64,000 bases of DNA from Eledone cirrhosa (lineage: Eukaryota): assembly GCA_964016885.1 (NCBI GenBank), contig OZ024746.1:32426001-32490000 (forward strand), in the 5' to 3' direction. How positions within the stretch are numbered: the first letter of the stretch is position 1; the number at the start of each line of letters is the position of its first letter. Under the pieces are notes generated by a model that was not told where the DNA came from, ran no database searches, and saw only the letters and a list, made by a program, of their open reading frames with translations. A program made the translations under genes and the position numbers. Positions 1 to 12,894 of the stretch are shown in pieces.

Positions 1-304
1 AATGAATACATCAAAGAATGAATTTTACAATAGATTGGGAGCACTCAACAAAAAAAGGTTTTCCAGAGTTATTAATATTAATTCAAAATATTAACAAAAT
101 ATATATTCTTGTGATCAAGTATATTTTATTATACATATTTCAGAGGTAGACTGAATCTTAACCATCTGCTGTCAGGGCATGTCATGCATCATCTTATTTT
201 ATCTGATGAGGACGTACTGTTGAACTTAACTCAGTACCTCTGAAATATGTATAATAAAATATACTTGATCACAAGAATATCTATTTTGTTAATATTTTGA
301 ATTA
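1..304 (+). mobile_element. Hammerhead-bearing fold-back element (family A), Penelope-like pLTR remnant
   Basis: 78-148 is a near-perfect reverse complement of 235-304. The plus arm contains a hammerhead and ends in (TA)n. The left arm continues to the window edge. Confidence 0.75.
195..261 (+). ncRNA. Type I hammerhead ribozyme (family A)
   Basis: Stem I TATTTTAT(195-202)/ATAAAATA(254-261); CTGATGA 203-209; stem II GGAcGTACTG/CAGTACcTCT; GAAA 242-245; minimal stem III; AUA cleavage triplet ending at 253. Confidence 0.8.
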
Positions 305-328
305 ATATATATATATATATATATAAGG

Positions 329-377
329 ACGGTGCCCCAGCATGGCCTCAGCCGGATGGCTGGAACAGGTAAAAGAG
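329..377 (+). mobile_element. SINE/LINE 3' tail fragment
   Basis: GGTGCCCCAGCATGGCC...GGAACAGGTAAAAGA resembles a cephalopod SINE tail as I recall it. A diverged copy lies at ~37381-37421. Confidence 0.5.
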
Positions 378-454
378 TAATATCCAAGGAAAACTTGAAC
401 CGGTAAGGTATTTTCCTTGGTTATGTCAAAATTTATAAAACACACTTCGTATTT

Positions 455-505
455 TATCTGATGAAAGCGTACCAAAGTTTTGGTACCCTTGAAATATATA
501 TAATA
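455..505 (+). ncRNA. Type I hammerhead ribozyme (family A, diverged copy)
   Basis: TAT-CTGATGA(458-464)-AAGcGTACCAAA/TTTGGTACcCTT-GAAA(491-494)-TATATA-TA^ATA, then AATAAA. The tail to ~650 is homologous to the reverse complement of 1-148. Confidence 0.75.
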
Positions 506-646
506 GAATAAATATGATTTTATAAATATAGTTTCCATTTATTTAATATCATTGAATATTATACCCCAGAAAACTTGTTGAGTGCTCTGAATCAGTTATA
601 AACATTTATATTTGTTGAATTACCAACAAATTGAATATCCCTTCTG

Positions 647-706
<60 letters not shown>

Positions 707-812
707 GTAGGAGGTGAGTTTTATTGTAGTACAATAAAGCAATGCAGATATCGGATAAGAAGCACTCTACAGTTTGTGGGACTGGAGTATGCATATATAT
801 ATATATATATAT

Positions 813-1008
813 ATAGGAACGAGTAGGACCCCAACGGCTGAGCTCAAGCCGTTTCGACGGCTAATTCTGGACTGTGAATTAGCCGTCGAAACGGCTTGAG
901 CTCAGCCGTCGGGGTCCTACTCGTTCCTATTACCCACTCTACTACCCTAAGTATTGAGTACTTGGGTGCGTTATGGTCCACCTGGTTCCTTACCACATTT
1001 CCTTCGTT
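813..1008 (+). mobile_element. Family B element: 55-bp-arm palindrome made of two hammerhead 3' halves, plus tail
   Basis: Arms 813-867 and 876-930 differ by one mismatch. The right arm reads GCCGTC-GAAA-CGGCT..AGCCG-TC^GGGG. (TA)n on both sides. Confidence 0.85.
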
Positions 1009-1612
1009 ATATATATATATATATATATATGTTATGTAATATACATGTGTCATTGTTTACATACCATCGACCACTTACGAAAGATTGCCACGACTTATTT
1101 TGATTAGAAGTAAAATAGATAAATAAAAGTTTGTGGAGAGAAAGAAAGACAAAAGAAGAGAGGGAGAGAAAACTATCGTAAATTCCTCGTGACTCACATT
1201 TTTGTTTTAGATATGTAAATAGTAATATAATTGTAACGGTTTCTAATTTAGATACAAGACCAACAAGATAAAGATGGTAGTGGTGGTGGTGATTTTATCC
1301 ACCTCAGTACATAACTGGTACTTTATTTTATCGGCCCATGAATGATGGAAGGCAAAATTGACATCAGTTGGACTTGATTGAATTCAGAACATAAAAGGGT
1401 TGTAATGAATAATATTAATTTACTAATAAATTAGGGGTCGATAAAATATAGTGCCAGTAATCCACTGGGTAATTGCTGGCCTTGTGCCAAAAGTAGAAAC
1501 AATTATTAATAATTAATAATAATAATGATGATGATGACGATGATGATGATAATGGTGGTGGTGGTGATGATGATGATAATGGTAATAATGGTGATAATGA
1601 TAATGATGATGA

Positions 1613-3385
1613 TTTCTTTTATTGGCCACAAGGGCCCAATATATTTGGGACAATACGAGGACGAAAATCGATATTTACACTGAGTAAAACAGTATAAGTA
1701 TAACAGCAACAATAATTGTTATAAATAGTCATGATAACAATATCAAACAATAACAAATATCATCTAAGAACAGCCCCCTCACCAGTAGTGGGAGGTGGCG
1801 TGGGATTGTGATTTAAGGTAATTCCAGGGAAATCTCCACATAAAACTCCCACGGAAAGTGTCCTCTCTCTGTTAGATTAGGCTCATTCAGTCGAGTCACT
1901 GTTATCCCATCTTTCATAAAACACACTAGAAGGTACCAACTCCCTTTCAACCACCACATAGAAGGCATCACATCCCTCTCCGCCGTCACTTTCATCCTTA
2001 AATGGTTGATGATGGCTTGACCGGAGAGGAAGCTTCCCACCCTAAAACTCCTTAGACATGTCCATCACACAGTTTCTTTCGTCATAGCTACCAGACAAAG
2101 GAAGAGATGCCATCCTACCTTTCTAAAGGAAGGTGTCGGCTCAATTTTCACTATACACCCGGATCTGATAGCCTGATCTACACGTTCGACACAAGCCCAT
2201 AACTCTGCAATGTACGGGCACAGGATGATGATGCTCTGTGTGCATCTCTGATATGACCCGTCTATTGGCATTTCCATGCCTGTAGAGCTTGTCTTGAACT
2301 GATAATTCCCCTCTGCAGCACTCCCATGCCAAGGATTTTGGGAAATTGCCTCCTGGAGAATCAGCTCAGACAGTCCTCGTCGGCGCTCAGAGTTGCTCCT
2401 AGGCCACCATTACACATAGCTTTCATTAACTTTGTATAGAAAGAAATCGTTTTTTGGCCGCCTATTGAGTTGTCCAGCTGGTAAAGTGCCGTGAGAGGCT
2501 GGCAGTACTCTAGATGCCAGGTGCCATGACTGGGGTTCTGTCAGTCGACGAAGGTGCCCGTCCACAATGGTTGGACTTCGCTTTCGTTGTCATCGTCGTC
2601 GCAGTAATCGAGATATTTCTGAAGGTGCGATAGCTGCAACGCATGCCTGCGCATTCTTAACGATAGCATCTCAAGGCCACCACGGAGCGGATGTTGGTAG
2701 CAGATGGATTTTCTCGCCAACGAGACTTGTCCCTTCTATAAAAAGTGGAAGAGCATGCGTTCCACTCAGGTAAGATGTTTAGGGAGTGGTGACATGACCC
2801 AAAGGCCAGGTGGTTATACACTAGCGAAGCAATGTAGATGTTGACCAACTGCACCAACCTTTGAAGGACGGCTATTTTTCTATCCATTTCTGAGTGAGAC
2901 TGGCTACTTTGTTCCTGACCCCCCCCCCCCCAACAGTCATTGTCTTTTTGGAGATCCGGTTCAAACCAGACTCCTAACATTTAACCGGGCTCTCAGTCCA
3001 GCGGTAGAAATTGCACTGGCCGACATGGACTAGCCTCGCACGTGCAAACTGACTTGTCCTAGTTAATGCAAGCTCCAGTAACCAGCTGGTATTCTTCCTG
3101 TATGGAGCCGAACAGTCTCTATATTTGAAGTGTCCACTTAATTTGACTAGTGTAGAACGTAGCGATCCAGCTTCTGAAAATGGGGCCCAAATCTTACGAT
3201 AGTCCCCAGGTAACGAAGGCTGACTCTGTGGAAAACTTTTGAATAATTTAGACTGACCAGCGCTCCGCAACAGACTGGTCTTCGTCTGCCCTACTCTACG
3301 ATATCTCTTATGGGGTGGAGGCTGTCGTGGATAGGTCTGCCTGGGGTCAAACTACCAATAACCAGCTCCAACCCCACAACAACAA
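1613..3385 (-). mobile_element. Degenerate Tx1/L1-clade LINE (RT and C-terminal remnants)
   Basis: Fragmented ORFs (LGVWFEPDLQ, GRPIHDSLH, VGSFLSGQAIINH) match the intact ORF2 at 49125-52360. The 3' ends are similar. Many stops and frameshifts. Confidence 0.9.
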
Positions 3386-3399
3386 CAATAACAATAATC

Positions 3400-3568
3400 C
3401 TTTCTAATATAGGCGCAAGACTAACAATTTGCGGAGAAGTGAAGTCAGTCACATCGACTTCAGTACATGACTGATAATTTATTTTATCCGGAAGATAAAA
3501 GGCAAAGTTGACTTCGGCGAGATTTGAATTCAGAACATAAAAGGCCGTAGCCAAAAATGCCGCTAAGC
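3400..3568 (-). mobile_element. tRNA-derived SINE (family S1), diverged
   Basis: Reverse complement of the TCTGAGTTCAAATCCCGCCGAGGTTGACTTTGCCTTTCATCC core. Other copies at ~1240-1390, 14280-14399, 15810-15950, 33625-33870, 46900-47005, 57220-57420 and 63050-63120. Confidence 0.8.
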
Positions 3569-4506
3569 AGAAAAAAAAAAAAAAATTAAGGAAGATTAAA
3601 ACATTTGTTACAAGGGCAGAGATATTTCGAAGAGAGTGTTATGGTTGATTATATTGATTACCCGAGTGTATTACTGGTGCTTCACTTCTTTCCGTCTACT
3701 TCGACGGCATGTAAACACAGAACGAAGGCGAAACAATACACAACACACACACATATTCATACAGACGCATACGCACACATATATATTTATATATATATAC
3801 ATACATACATACACATGCACATATATATGCACGCGCACATATATATGTATGTATGCATATATATATATAAACACGCGCACACGCCTACTTACATATATGT
3901 GTATGTGTATGCATATATAGATATATATATATAAATAAATAGACACATACACACACACACTTTTCGTATATTAAATTACATAGTTACACATTGATTAAAG
4001 TGTGGTGTAAATGTAGTGTAAGTATTTGTATGTGTGTTGTAAGTGTGTTATACGATAAATACCGCGCAACCCTACTACAAAAACACGAGACGGTCAAATG
4101 AGTTAGGAGAGAACGTCAGATAAACAAGATAAGAACAGAGAGAGAGAGAGAGATTGTGTCTGGAATTAGAACTGGTGACTGTTGGATTTAAACTTACCGA
4201 TTCTGAATCCATCACATAGATTGTGTGTCTCTAATTGGTGTGTGTGTGTTACTGTACTATTATAGATATGTGTGTGTGTATATATATATGAGTCTCTCTC
4301 TATATATGTGTGTGAGTATGTGGCTGCAGAGTATTCAGTAAACACATGCCACAGTTTTCCACTACACACCGCAATATACAAATGATAATCAACGCCTTCC
4401 TTCCTTACTCTCTCTCTCTCTCTCTCGCTCTCTCTTAATATACCACTCTTTCACACACACTTTCTTTTTCTCTCTCCTTCTCTTTCTCTATATATATATA
4501 TATTTC

Positions 4507-4759
<253 letters not shown>

Positions 4760-5036
4760 ATGATGATGATGAAGATGATGATGTGTGTGTATATATATAA
4801 GCATGTGTGTGTGTGTATGAAAGAGAAAGGTACACATCATACATTTGTCTATATGCAACAGTAGCAGCTTTGTAACTTATGAAAACCATTTCACACACAT
4901 ATTCAGACGTACACGAACATACACACATACACACTTATACACACACATGCACACATATACATACACACATACATTAACACATATACACATACATACACAC
5001 ATTAATACTAGTATGGAAGACTCATTATCTCATGAA

Positions 5037-5220
5037 TGGATTGGCAGTATCGGTAGAGGGTCGGACGCCATGCTTTCCAGCATAGTTATGTCCCCTTACG
5101 ATATGAGTTCAAATCCCGCCGAGGTTGACTTTGCCTTTCATCCTTACGGGGTCGATAAAATAAAGTACTAGTAATGCACTGGGTAATTGCTGGCCTTGTG
5201 CCTAAAGTAGAAACAATTAT
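5037..5220 (+). mobile_element. tRNA-derived SINE (family S1)
   Basis: A-box-like TGGCAGTATCGGTAG and B-box GAGTTCAAATCC. Near-identical to 8420-8607. Confidence 0.85.
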
Positions 5221-5282
5221 CTCATGAACACATACTGCTATTGCTCTATATGGAATACAGCCACTCCTATATATAAATATAT

Positions 5283-5479
5283 ATAGGAAAAAGTTTAACC
5301 CCGACGGCAGAGCTCAAGCCGTTTCGACGGCTATTTCTGGAGTCTAGAAATAGCCGTCGAAACGGCTTGAGCTCTGCCGTCGGGGTTAAACTTTTTTTAC
5401 TATTACCCACTCTACCACTCTAAGTATTGAGTACTCTGGTGCGTTATGGTCCATCTGGTTCCTTACCACACCTCCTTCG

Positions 5480-5481
<2 letters not shown>
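5283..5481 (+). mobile_element. Family B element, second palindromic copy
   Basis: Arms ~5288-5340 and 5344-5396. Same hammerhead 3' half and tail as 813-1008. TA-rich flanks. Confidence 0.85.
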
Positions 5482-5517
<36 letters not shown>

Positions 5518-6214
5518 GTATATACACAGAGAGAGTGAGAGAGATGAGCTGTGGAATGTATGTATGTATATATATGTGTATGCGTGTATGCATGTGTGAG
5601 TATGTGTATGTGCATGATTCAATATAAGGTATATGTATGTGTATATACATGTATGTTTGCATATATGTGTATGTATATGCTACAATATGACTTGCACATA
5701 CATATGTACAAACATTTACACACATACATACATACAAACATCCTTACATGCATACATACATACAATCCATTAATGGAACAGTAAAAATATGTAAAACATT
5801 CCAAAAATTTTGCATCTAATAACTGCCTATACAGATACAAAGCATATACACATGCACACATACAACTCAAAACATCCACATCCACACATACAATAACATC
5901 CATATCTACACATGCATGCAGTTGATGTTGTGTAAATCTACCTAGTTGATGTTGTGTAAATTCCAATGGGAGAGTCCTGTGTCTATGTTAGAAACCGACT
6001 CTCTCTCTATTGGTAAAACTTTGTGAAATTATAAAACCAGAAGAACATACACATACATACATATAATGTGTGTGTATAAGTACATGTGTATTTATGTATG
6101 TGTGTATGCTACAATATAATGTGTATGTATGTACATGTGTATATATATATGATATAATATATGTATATGTGTATGTTACAATATAATGTGTATGTGTATA
6201 TACATGTATATATA

Positions 6215-7486
6215 CAGGGTGTGGACGATATTTGTTCGCAATTTTCAACTGCTAATTTTATGCAAATTTTTTTTTACTTTCGTTGTCACTCTTGTCTTCA
6301 TAAAAACAGTGACTGTATTTCCATTATTTATTTTCAGAATAATTGATTATGAATAATTTTGAACCCTTCTTGGAATCCGCACCGGGACGATAAATAAGGA
6401 AATTTTAGACTTTCTCAGAGTCAGCAGGAGAATGGTGGAAAAGGTCAGAAAGGAATTGGAAGATTCAGGATTCGACTACGAAGCAACCTCAGAGAGGAAA
6501 ACACATCATCGAGGATCTGACGCCTTCAGAATGCCCGAGTTCGTCGCTGAAGTTCAGGATATCATCAACAATGAACCTAGCAAGTCGATGTGTGCCATTG
6601 CAAGGGAGAAAGGCATGGATGAAAAACTCATTAGGCTGGTGGTACATGAAGACATTCGCTACGTTTCATACAAGATGAGGAAAGGACAATTTCTGTCAAA
6701 GGTGATGCAAGAAAAGCGACTGAAGCACGCAAAGAAGCTGATCAACAAGTTGAAACACCCACTGGAGCCAGACATGCTGTGGTTTTTCTCCGACGAGAAA
6801 AACTTCTGCCAAGACCAGAAGATGAACTCCCAGAACAACAGGTGGCTCGCTGTCTCATCTAAAGATGTGCACAAAGTCATGCAGACAAAGTTTCCAGCGA
6901 CAACATTGGTCTTAGGTGTCATCAGCAGTCAAGGTGCCACCTCACTTCTTCCATGAGGGCCTCAAGCTGAACACCGATGGCTACATTCGCATTCTGAGCG
7001 AGGTAGTAAAGCCCTGGATCGACCAGGTAGCTGCAGGTAGGCCGTACATGTGGCAGCAAGACTCAGCGCCCTGCCATACCAGCCGAAAGACCCAAGCCTG
7101 GCTGTCAGAGAACTTCGTCGACCACACTTCACCTGACATCTGGCCTCCCAGCTCGCCTGACTGCAACCCCCTCGACTTCTTTGTGTGGGGCGCCGTGGAA
7201 CGAGACACCAACAGATCTAGCTGCAATACGAAAAACAATCTGAAGGCCAGGATCACAAGTGCCTTTAGGGGCCTAAGTCGGGGGACAGTGACGAAGGCCT
7301 GTAGCCGGTTCCGAGGCCGCCTTGAGGCCGTCATCAAAGCCAATAGCGGGTTTATCGAGTGAGATCGAAAGAACAAGTCATGAAGACAAACTGACCCAAG
7401 TTTGATAAATATATCTTAAAAAATAAAACTACCGTGTTACTTTTTCCTAGACAGTAATCTTGCGAACAAATATCGTCCGCACCCTG
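6215..7486 (+). mobile_element. Tc1/mariner DNA transposon, DD37D (maT) family
   Basis: 27-bp TIRs CAGGGTGTGGACGATATTTGTTCGCAA (6215-6241) and 7460-7486 with one mismatch; TA on both sides. Confidence 0.95.
6432..7362 (+). pseudogene. DD37D transposase, frameshifted near 6935
   Basis: Motifs WFFSDEK, WQQDSAP and SPDCNPLD, with 37 residues between the 2nd and 3rd Asp. Split over ORFs 6432-6956 and 6916-7362. Confidence 0.92.
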
Positions 7487-7647
7487 TATATATATATATA
7501 TGTGTATGTGTATGCTACAATATAATGTGTATTTATGTATATATATATATGTGTATCTATGAATGTGTATGCTATAATATATGTGTATGTATGTATATGT
7601 GTTTGTGTACGATACAATATAATGTATATGTATATATATGTGTATGT

Positions 7648-8254
7648 GTCAGGTCACCAGTTGGTGCTACTGGTAACATGTATCCCAGTACAACCTGTCT
7701 CATGGTCGGGTCGTTGGCGACTAAACTGGCAACCCCACCAAGGTTTCTTGGTGTGGAGGGTGACTTTGGACATCCTGCAGGACTAAAAACAAAACCTGTC
7801 AAAGGGCAAAGGAGCTCTTAAGAGTCAATGGCCATCCAAAATCACCGGGAGAGATGACCCCTTAGCCTTTGTCAAGGCAGAATTCTAGGAGAAGGAAAAC
7901 TCTGATATAACACCTGCAACCCTGATGGTATCCAATGATGTTGACTTGTTCTTCTTTTTGGTAAATATCATCTTGGTTAAGAGAGTGGGACTGGCTTTGT
8001 GCAGTGCCTTTGCTCACTATAAAAGCTTCACGGCACAGGCATTGCTTTATATCTGGAGATCTCTCTGCACTTGTCGTCACATGGTACCATGGGCCCAGCA
8101 CTATGTGTCAATAATTGTCACAGGTGTAGTGTTTGTACCAGAGTTTTCAAGTCACTGGCTGGACTAAAAAGTCACACTTGTTCAGGGCATCGGTAGGGGT
8201 TCTCCTACATGGATATAAAGTAGTGGCCGTACTCGAAAACGAGTTGGCAGCCAC
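7648..8254 (+). mobile_element. Non-coding ~600-bp retroposon (unclassified)
   Basis: 7876-8254 is near-identical to 21275-21654, with the same 3' end hairpin GTGGC..ACTCG-AAAA-CGAGT..GCCAC. Confidence 0.7.
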
Positions 8255-8419
8255 CATGTGTATACTACAATATAATGTATATGTATATATGCAAGAGTCT
8301 CTCTCTATATGTGCATATGTGTGTGCATATGCTACAATATATGTATATGTGTATGCCTATGCTACAATATAATGCATATGTATATATATATACAAGTGTC
8401 AATATATATGTATATGCTT

Positions 8420-8607
8420 AGGGCGGTGGATTGGCAGTATCGGTAGAGGGTCGGACGCCATGCTTTCCAGCATAGTTACGTCCCTTTATGATCTGAGTTC
8501 AAATCCCGCCGAGGTTGACTTTGCCTTTCATCCTTACGGGGTCGATAAAAAAAGTACCAGTAATGCACTGGGTAATTGCTGGCCTTGTGCCTAAAGTAGA
8601 AACAAAT
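8420..8607 (+). mobile_element. Full-length tRNA-derived SINE (family S1)
   Basis: GGGCGGTGGATTGGCAG head, B-box, body shared with more than ten copies in the window. Confidence 0.85.
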
Positions 8608-8889
8608 ATATATGCTACAATGTAATACATATGTATATATACAAGTGTCGATATATATGTGTATGCGTATACTACAATATAATGCATATGTATATATACA
8701 AGTGTCTATATGTATGTATATGCTACAATATAATACATATATACAAGTATCTATGTATGTGTATGTATATACGTATGCTATAATAATATATGCTGTATGT
8801 TATAATACACTAGAAGAGTACAGAGGCTATCTAACACTTCACCCTATTCTCCACCCACCTTTACACCTTGTCTATATAATCAATACAAG

Positions 8890-8946
<57 letters not shown>

Positions 8947-8948
<2 letters not shown>

Positions 8949-9193
8949 AGGGAGTGTAACTTGGAGTTACTGTAGGTTCACCCGGGTGAGCACTCAATGT
9001 TTAGGTTCACTTCAGTGTCAAAGTGTAGAGCTATACATTCTTCCATTAACATTACAAGGGGTCTGATGAGCCGTGGATTACAGAGTCAGGTCAAATCGAT
9101 ACAGATCGAACCTTGAGCTGGTCAGTGGCGAAACGTGCGTCACCAGCTAATAAACATAATGAAGGAGTAACCAATCCTCCTTGTTATCTCATT

Positions 9194-9197
<4 letters not shown>
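8947..9197 (+). mobile_element. Hammerhead-bearing element (family C) in (TA)n
   Basis: Bounded by TA tracts. 8947-9011 recurs inverted at 36374-36438. Hammerhead followed by AATAAA. Confidence 0.75.
9060..9144 (+). ncRNA. Type I hammerhead ribozyme with long stem II (family C)
   Basis: GGT-CTGATGA(9063-9069)-GCC...GGC-GAAA(9130-9133)-C-GTGC-G-TC^ACC; AATAAA at 9149. Confidence 0.82.
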
Positions 9198-9239
<42 letters not shown>

Positions 9240-9516
9240 CCAGAATCAGTTCCTGTATGAGCAAGACAAGGTCAGCCGACCGGACACTGCCCACAACAGG
9301 ACAACCCGTCTAACCCATGCTAGCGTGGAAGAACAGACGTAAAACGGTGATGATGATAATGATGATGATATGTGTGTGTGTGTATGTAATATGTGATTAA
9401 TAAATGGAAACATATATAGGTATATATAATATATAATCAATGCATACATGCAAATATATATATATATATATACGTGTGTATGTGTGTATATATATCTTAG
9501 ATATATATACACACAT

Positions 9517-10040
9517 ACGCCTTACCTAAATACAAAGTAAAAACCTACTACAGTCAGTAGGCATCTCTATCAAAACACCCCCCCGTCCCACCACCTCCAC
9601 CCCATCCACACCGCCCCTTTCAATGTACAGTTATGTTGGTCCCACAACATCCAGGCCGAAACAAATGAGATCGTGTAGGTGTCACGACAAAAAACACACA
9701 GTCCACGCTGTAAATGTGGCCGTGTAGGCAACACGGTAAAAACCTCCCAGCCCCACACTGTAAATGTGGTTGGTGTTAGGAAGGGCATCCAGCTGTAGAA
9801 AACCCGCCAGACAGTCCACGCTGTAATGTGGCCGTGTAGGCAACACGGTAAAAACCTCCCAGCCCCACACTGTAAATGTGGTTGGTGTTAGGAAGGGCAT
9901 CCAACTGTAGAAAACCCGCCAGACAGTCCTATGCGAGCAAGACAACCACTCTTGCCTCAAGTGGGAAAACCCCCGTCCAAACCCATGCAAGCGTGGAACA
10001 TGGACGCTAAACCTGATGATGATGATGATGATGATGATAG
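9517..10040 (+). mobile_element. RTE LINE 3' UTR copy with internal duplication and (GAT)n tail
   Basis: Homologous to 10328-10745; an internal block of about 120 bp is tandemly duplicated. Confidence 0.8.
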
Positions 10041-10149
10041 ATAGATGGATAGATATAGATACAAATATAATCGAAATAATGGAAATAAATATAAGTATGT
10101 TTAATCTATACACATGCCAATATATATAGGTATATAGTAAAATAATCAA

Positions 10150-10745
10150 TATTGGTCACGTGATGCACATGAAAGACGACAGCTGTATAAAAAAGTGCAG
10201 GGCAATAAAAATAGACGGTAGCCACGGAGTAGGCAGACCCAGAAAAACCTGGGACGACTTGATAAATTCCGACCTCACACACTTACACCTCTCCAAGACA
10301 ATGTTACTGGACCGAGATCTTTGGCGCTACACAGTAATACAGAAGACCCGCCTTACCTAAGTACAAAGTGAAACCTACTACAGTCAGTAGGCACCTCTAA
10401 CAAAAATACACCCCGTCCCACTACCCCCACCCCATCCACACCACCCCTTTCAATGTAAAGTTATATTGGTACCACAACATCCAGTCCGAAACAAATGAGG
10501 TCGTGTAGGTGTCACGACAAAAAAAACAAACAGTCCACGCTGTAATGTGGACGTGTAGGTAACACGGTAAAAACCTCTCAGTCCACACTGTAAACGTCGT
10601 TGGTGTTAGGAAGGGCATCCAGCTGTAGAAAACCTGCCAGACAGTCCTATGCGAGCAAGACAACCCCTCTTGCCTCAAGTGGGAAAACTCCTGTCCAAAC
10701 CCATGCAAGCATGGAAGATGGATGTTAAACGATGATGATGATGAT
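10150..10745 (+). mobile_element. RTE-clade LINE 3' end (ORF C-terminus plus 3' UTR)
   Basis: GHVMHM...GRPRKTWDDLI...DRDLWR is a typical RTE C-terminus; (GAT)n tail. Confidence 0.88.
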
Positions 10746-11072
10746 ATATATATATATATATATGCATACATATAAATATATATATATATATACATAATAT
10801 ATGATTGATACATGCCAATATATGTAAGTACATATAATCTATACATGTCAATACATGTTATATATATATAAACATATATATAATCAATACTTGGAAATAT
10901 AAATATGTGTTGTAAGAATTGACTAAGAAGGTTGGTGTCTGGAAAAGGATCCATCTGTAAAACATTGTCTTATAAAGGACCCCGTGAGGAGTATAAAGTT
11001 TGTCATGGGACCTCCCCACCCAGGCCCTTATGGTTAACCAGTTTTTAGCATGGAAATTGGCCTTTAAACACT

Positions 11073-11107
<35 letters not shown>

Positions 11108-11142
11108 TGTTGGCTTCTTGCTACAATACTTTCTATACTTTC

Positions 11143-11204
<62 letters not shown>

Positions 11205-11234
11205 ACTTGTATATATATATATATATATATATAT

Positions 11235-11780
11235 CATCATCATTTAATGTCCATTTTTCCACGTTAACAAGGGTTAGATGACTTGTCCAGTTGTGAGACA
11301 AGCTAGATCAAATGACCATGTCTTGCTCATATAGAAATGTCTATAGCTTGGTTTCTATGACTGGCTAATGCCAACCACATTTACAGTGTGGACTGTGTGT
11401 TTTTGTCGTGAATTCTACACAACCATTTTACAGTGTGGACTGTGTGTTTTTGTCGTGAAATCTACACAACCATTTTACAGTGTGGACTGTGTGTTTTTGT
11501 CGTGAAATCTACACAACCATTTTACAGTGTGGACTGAGGGTTTTTTGTTGTGATATCTACACGGCCACTTTATAGTGTGAACTGGGCCTCTTTTTGTCAT
11601 GATATCTACATGACCACATTTACAGTGTGGACTGGGCCCTTTTTGTTGTGATATCTATACGACCACTTTATAGTGTGGATTGGGCCATTTTTGTCATGAT
11701 ATCTACATGACCACATGATAGTTTGGACTGGGCGCTTTTTATTGTGGCACCTACACGACCACTTAACAGTGTGGACTAGA
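11235..11780 (-). mobile_element. RTE 3' UTR-type element with ~8 tandem 47-48-bp units
   Basis: Units like CCACTTTACAGTGTGGACTG.. at 11375-11780, the same unit as the 54255 array. Confidence 0.8.
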
Positions 11781-11882
11781 GGCTGGGGAAGTACATGAGG
11801 ATTGGAGAGGAAGATCTTGGGTGAGGCACATTTCACATATATATATATCATTTAACACTCTCTCTGTCTGTTCATCTCTCTT

Positions 11883-11914
<32 letters not shown>

Positions 11915-11916
<2 letters not shown>

Positions 11917-12472
11917 CAATGTAAATGACAATCAAAGAGTATTTAAAACATTTAGTCACTTACAATTGTTTCATCCTAGCACAAGGTCGGAATCATTGGA
12001 GTAGATAACAAAAGTCAAACACCAATATAATATCAAAACTTTGTCACAAGAACATTAGGAGGATACCTAATATGGAAGGCTAGATAAGTATAAACATCAG
12101 CACTGTATTTAATTCATCTGTAACAGCATGTTTTAAAATTTTTATTGCTTTTATCTGCTCCTAATTTTTATAGCATTTATCTGCTCTGTTATCTTATATA
12201 AATGCTGATGCTTATACTTATCTAGCCACCCATATTATGTATCCTCTGAATGTTCTTGTGACAAAGTTTTGATATTATATTGGTGATTGACTTTTGTTAT
12301 CTACCCCGATAATTCCAGCCTTGTGCTAGGATGAAACAATTGTAAGTGATTAAATATTTTAAACACTCTTTGATTATCATTTACCTTGTATTTCAGCTTT
12401 GTAGTATACTTGTTATTTTCCATCGAGCTATTTCCATATCTGTAATTGGATAATATTTAATATTACCCTCAT
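11915..12472 (+). mobile_element. Fold-back element with ~185-bp diverged arms in (TA)n
   Basis: 11915-12102 is the reverse complement of 12203-12390. Both arms carry GAAAC-AATT-GTA, resembling a hammerhead 3' half. Confidence 0.75.
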
Positions 12473-12894
12473 TATATATATATATATATATATATATATT
12501 CATTTATCAACTACATATATATGTGTGTGCACGTAAACAACTACAGCTTCACACCACCCTCATATATCATATCATCTTTAAATCACAAGCCCCCCCACCC
12601 ACCCTCGGTCCTTATGTGTATATTTTAAATTATATAACTTCCTAGTAGCTGGTTTAAGAGACATCTCAAGCTTGAAGTATTGTGTTCATATTACAGTAGA
12701 GAGAGAGAGAATTGTAATAGTGAGAGAGGGAGAGGGATGAGAGAAAGTTGTAGAGGAGAGGATAGTGAAGCAGGGGTGGGAGAAGCTTGGGAGGAGAGGG
12801 GGAGAATGTAGGTGAGAGTAGGAGAGAGAGTATTTAAATCAGAAGGTTTCATTCATGTTAATGTATGAATAGCTTGCTACTTTAATGAAAGTGC

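Noticed and set aside
8420-8510. tRNA gene
   Set aside because: A and B boxes belong to a multi-copy SINE head; no cloverleaf.
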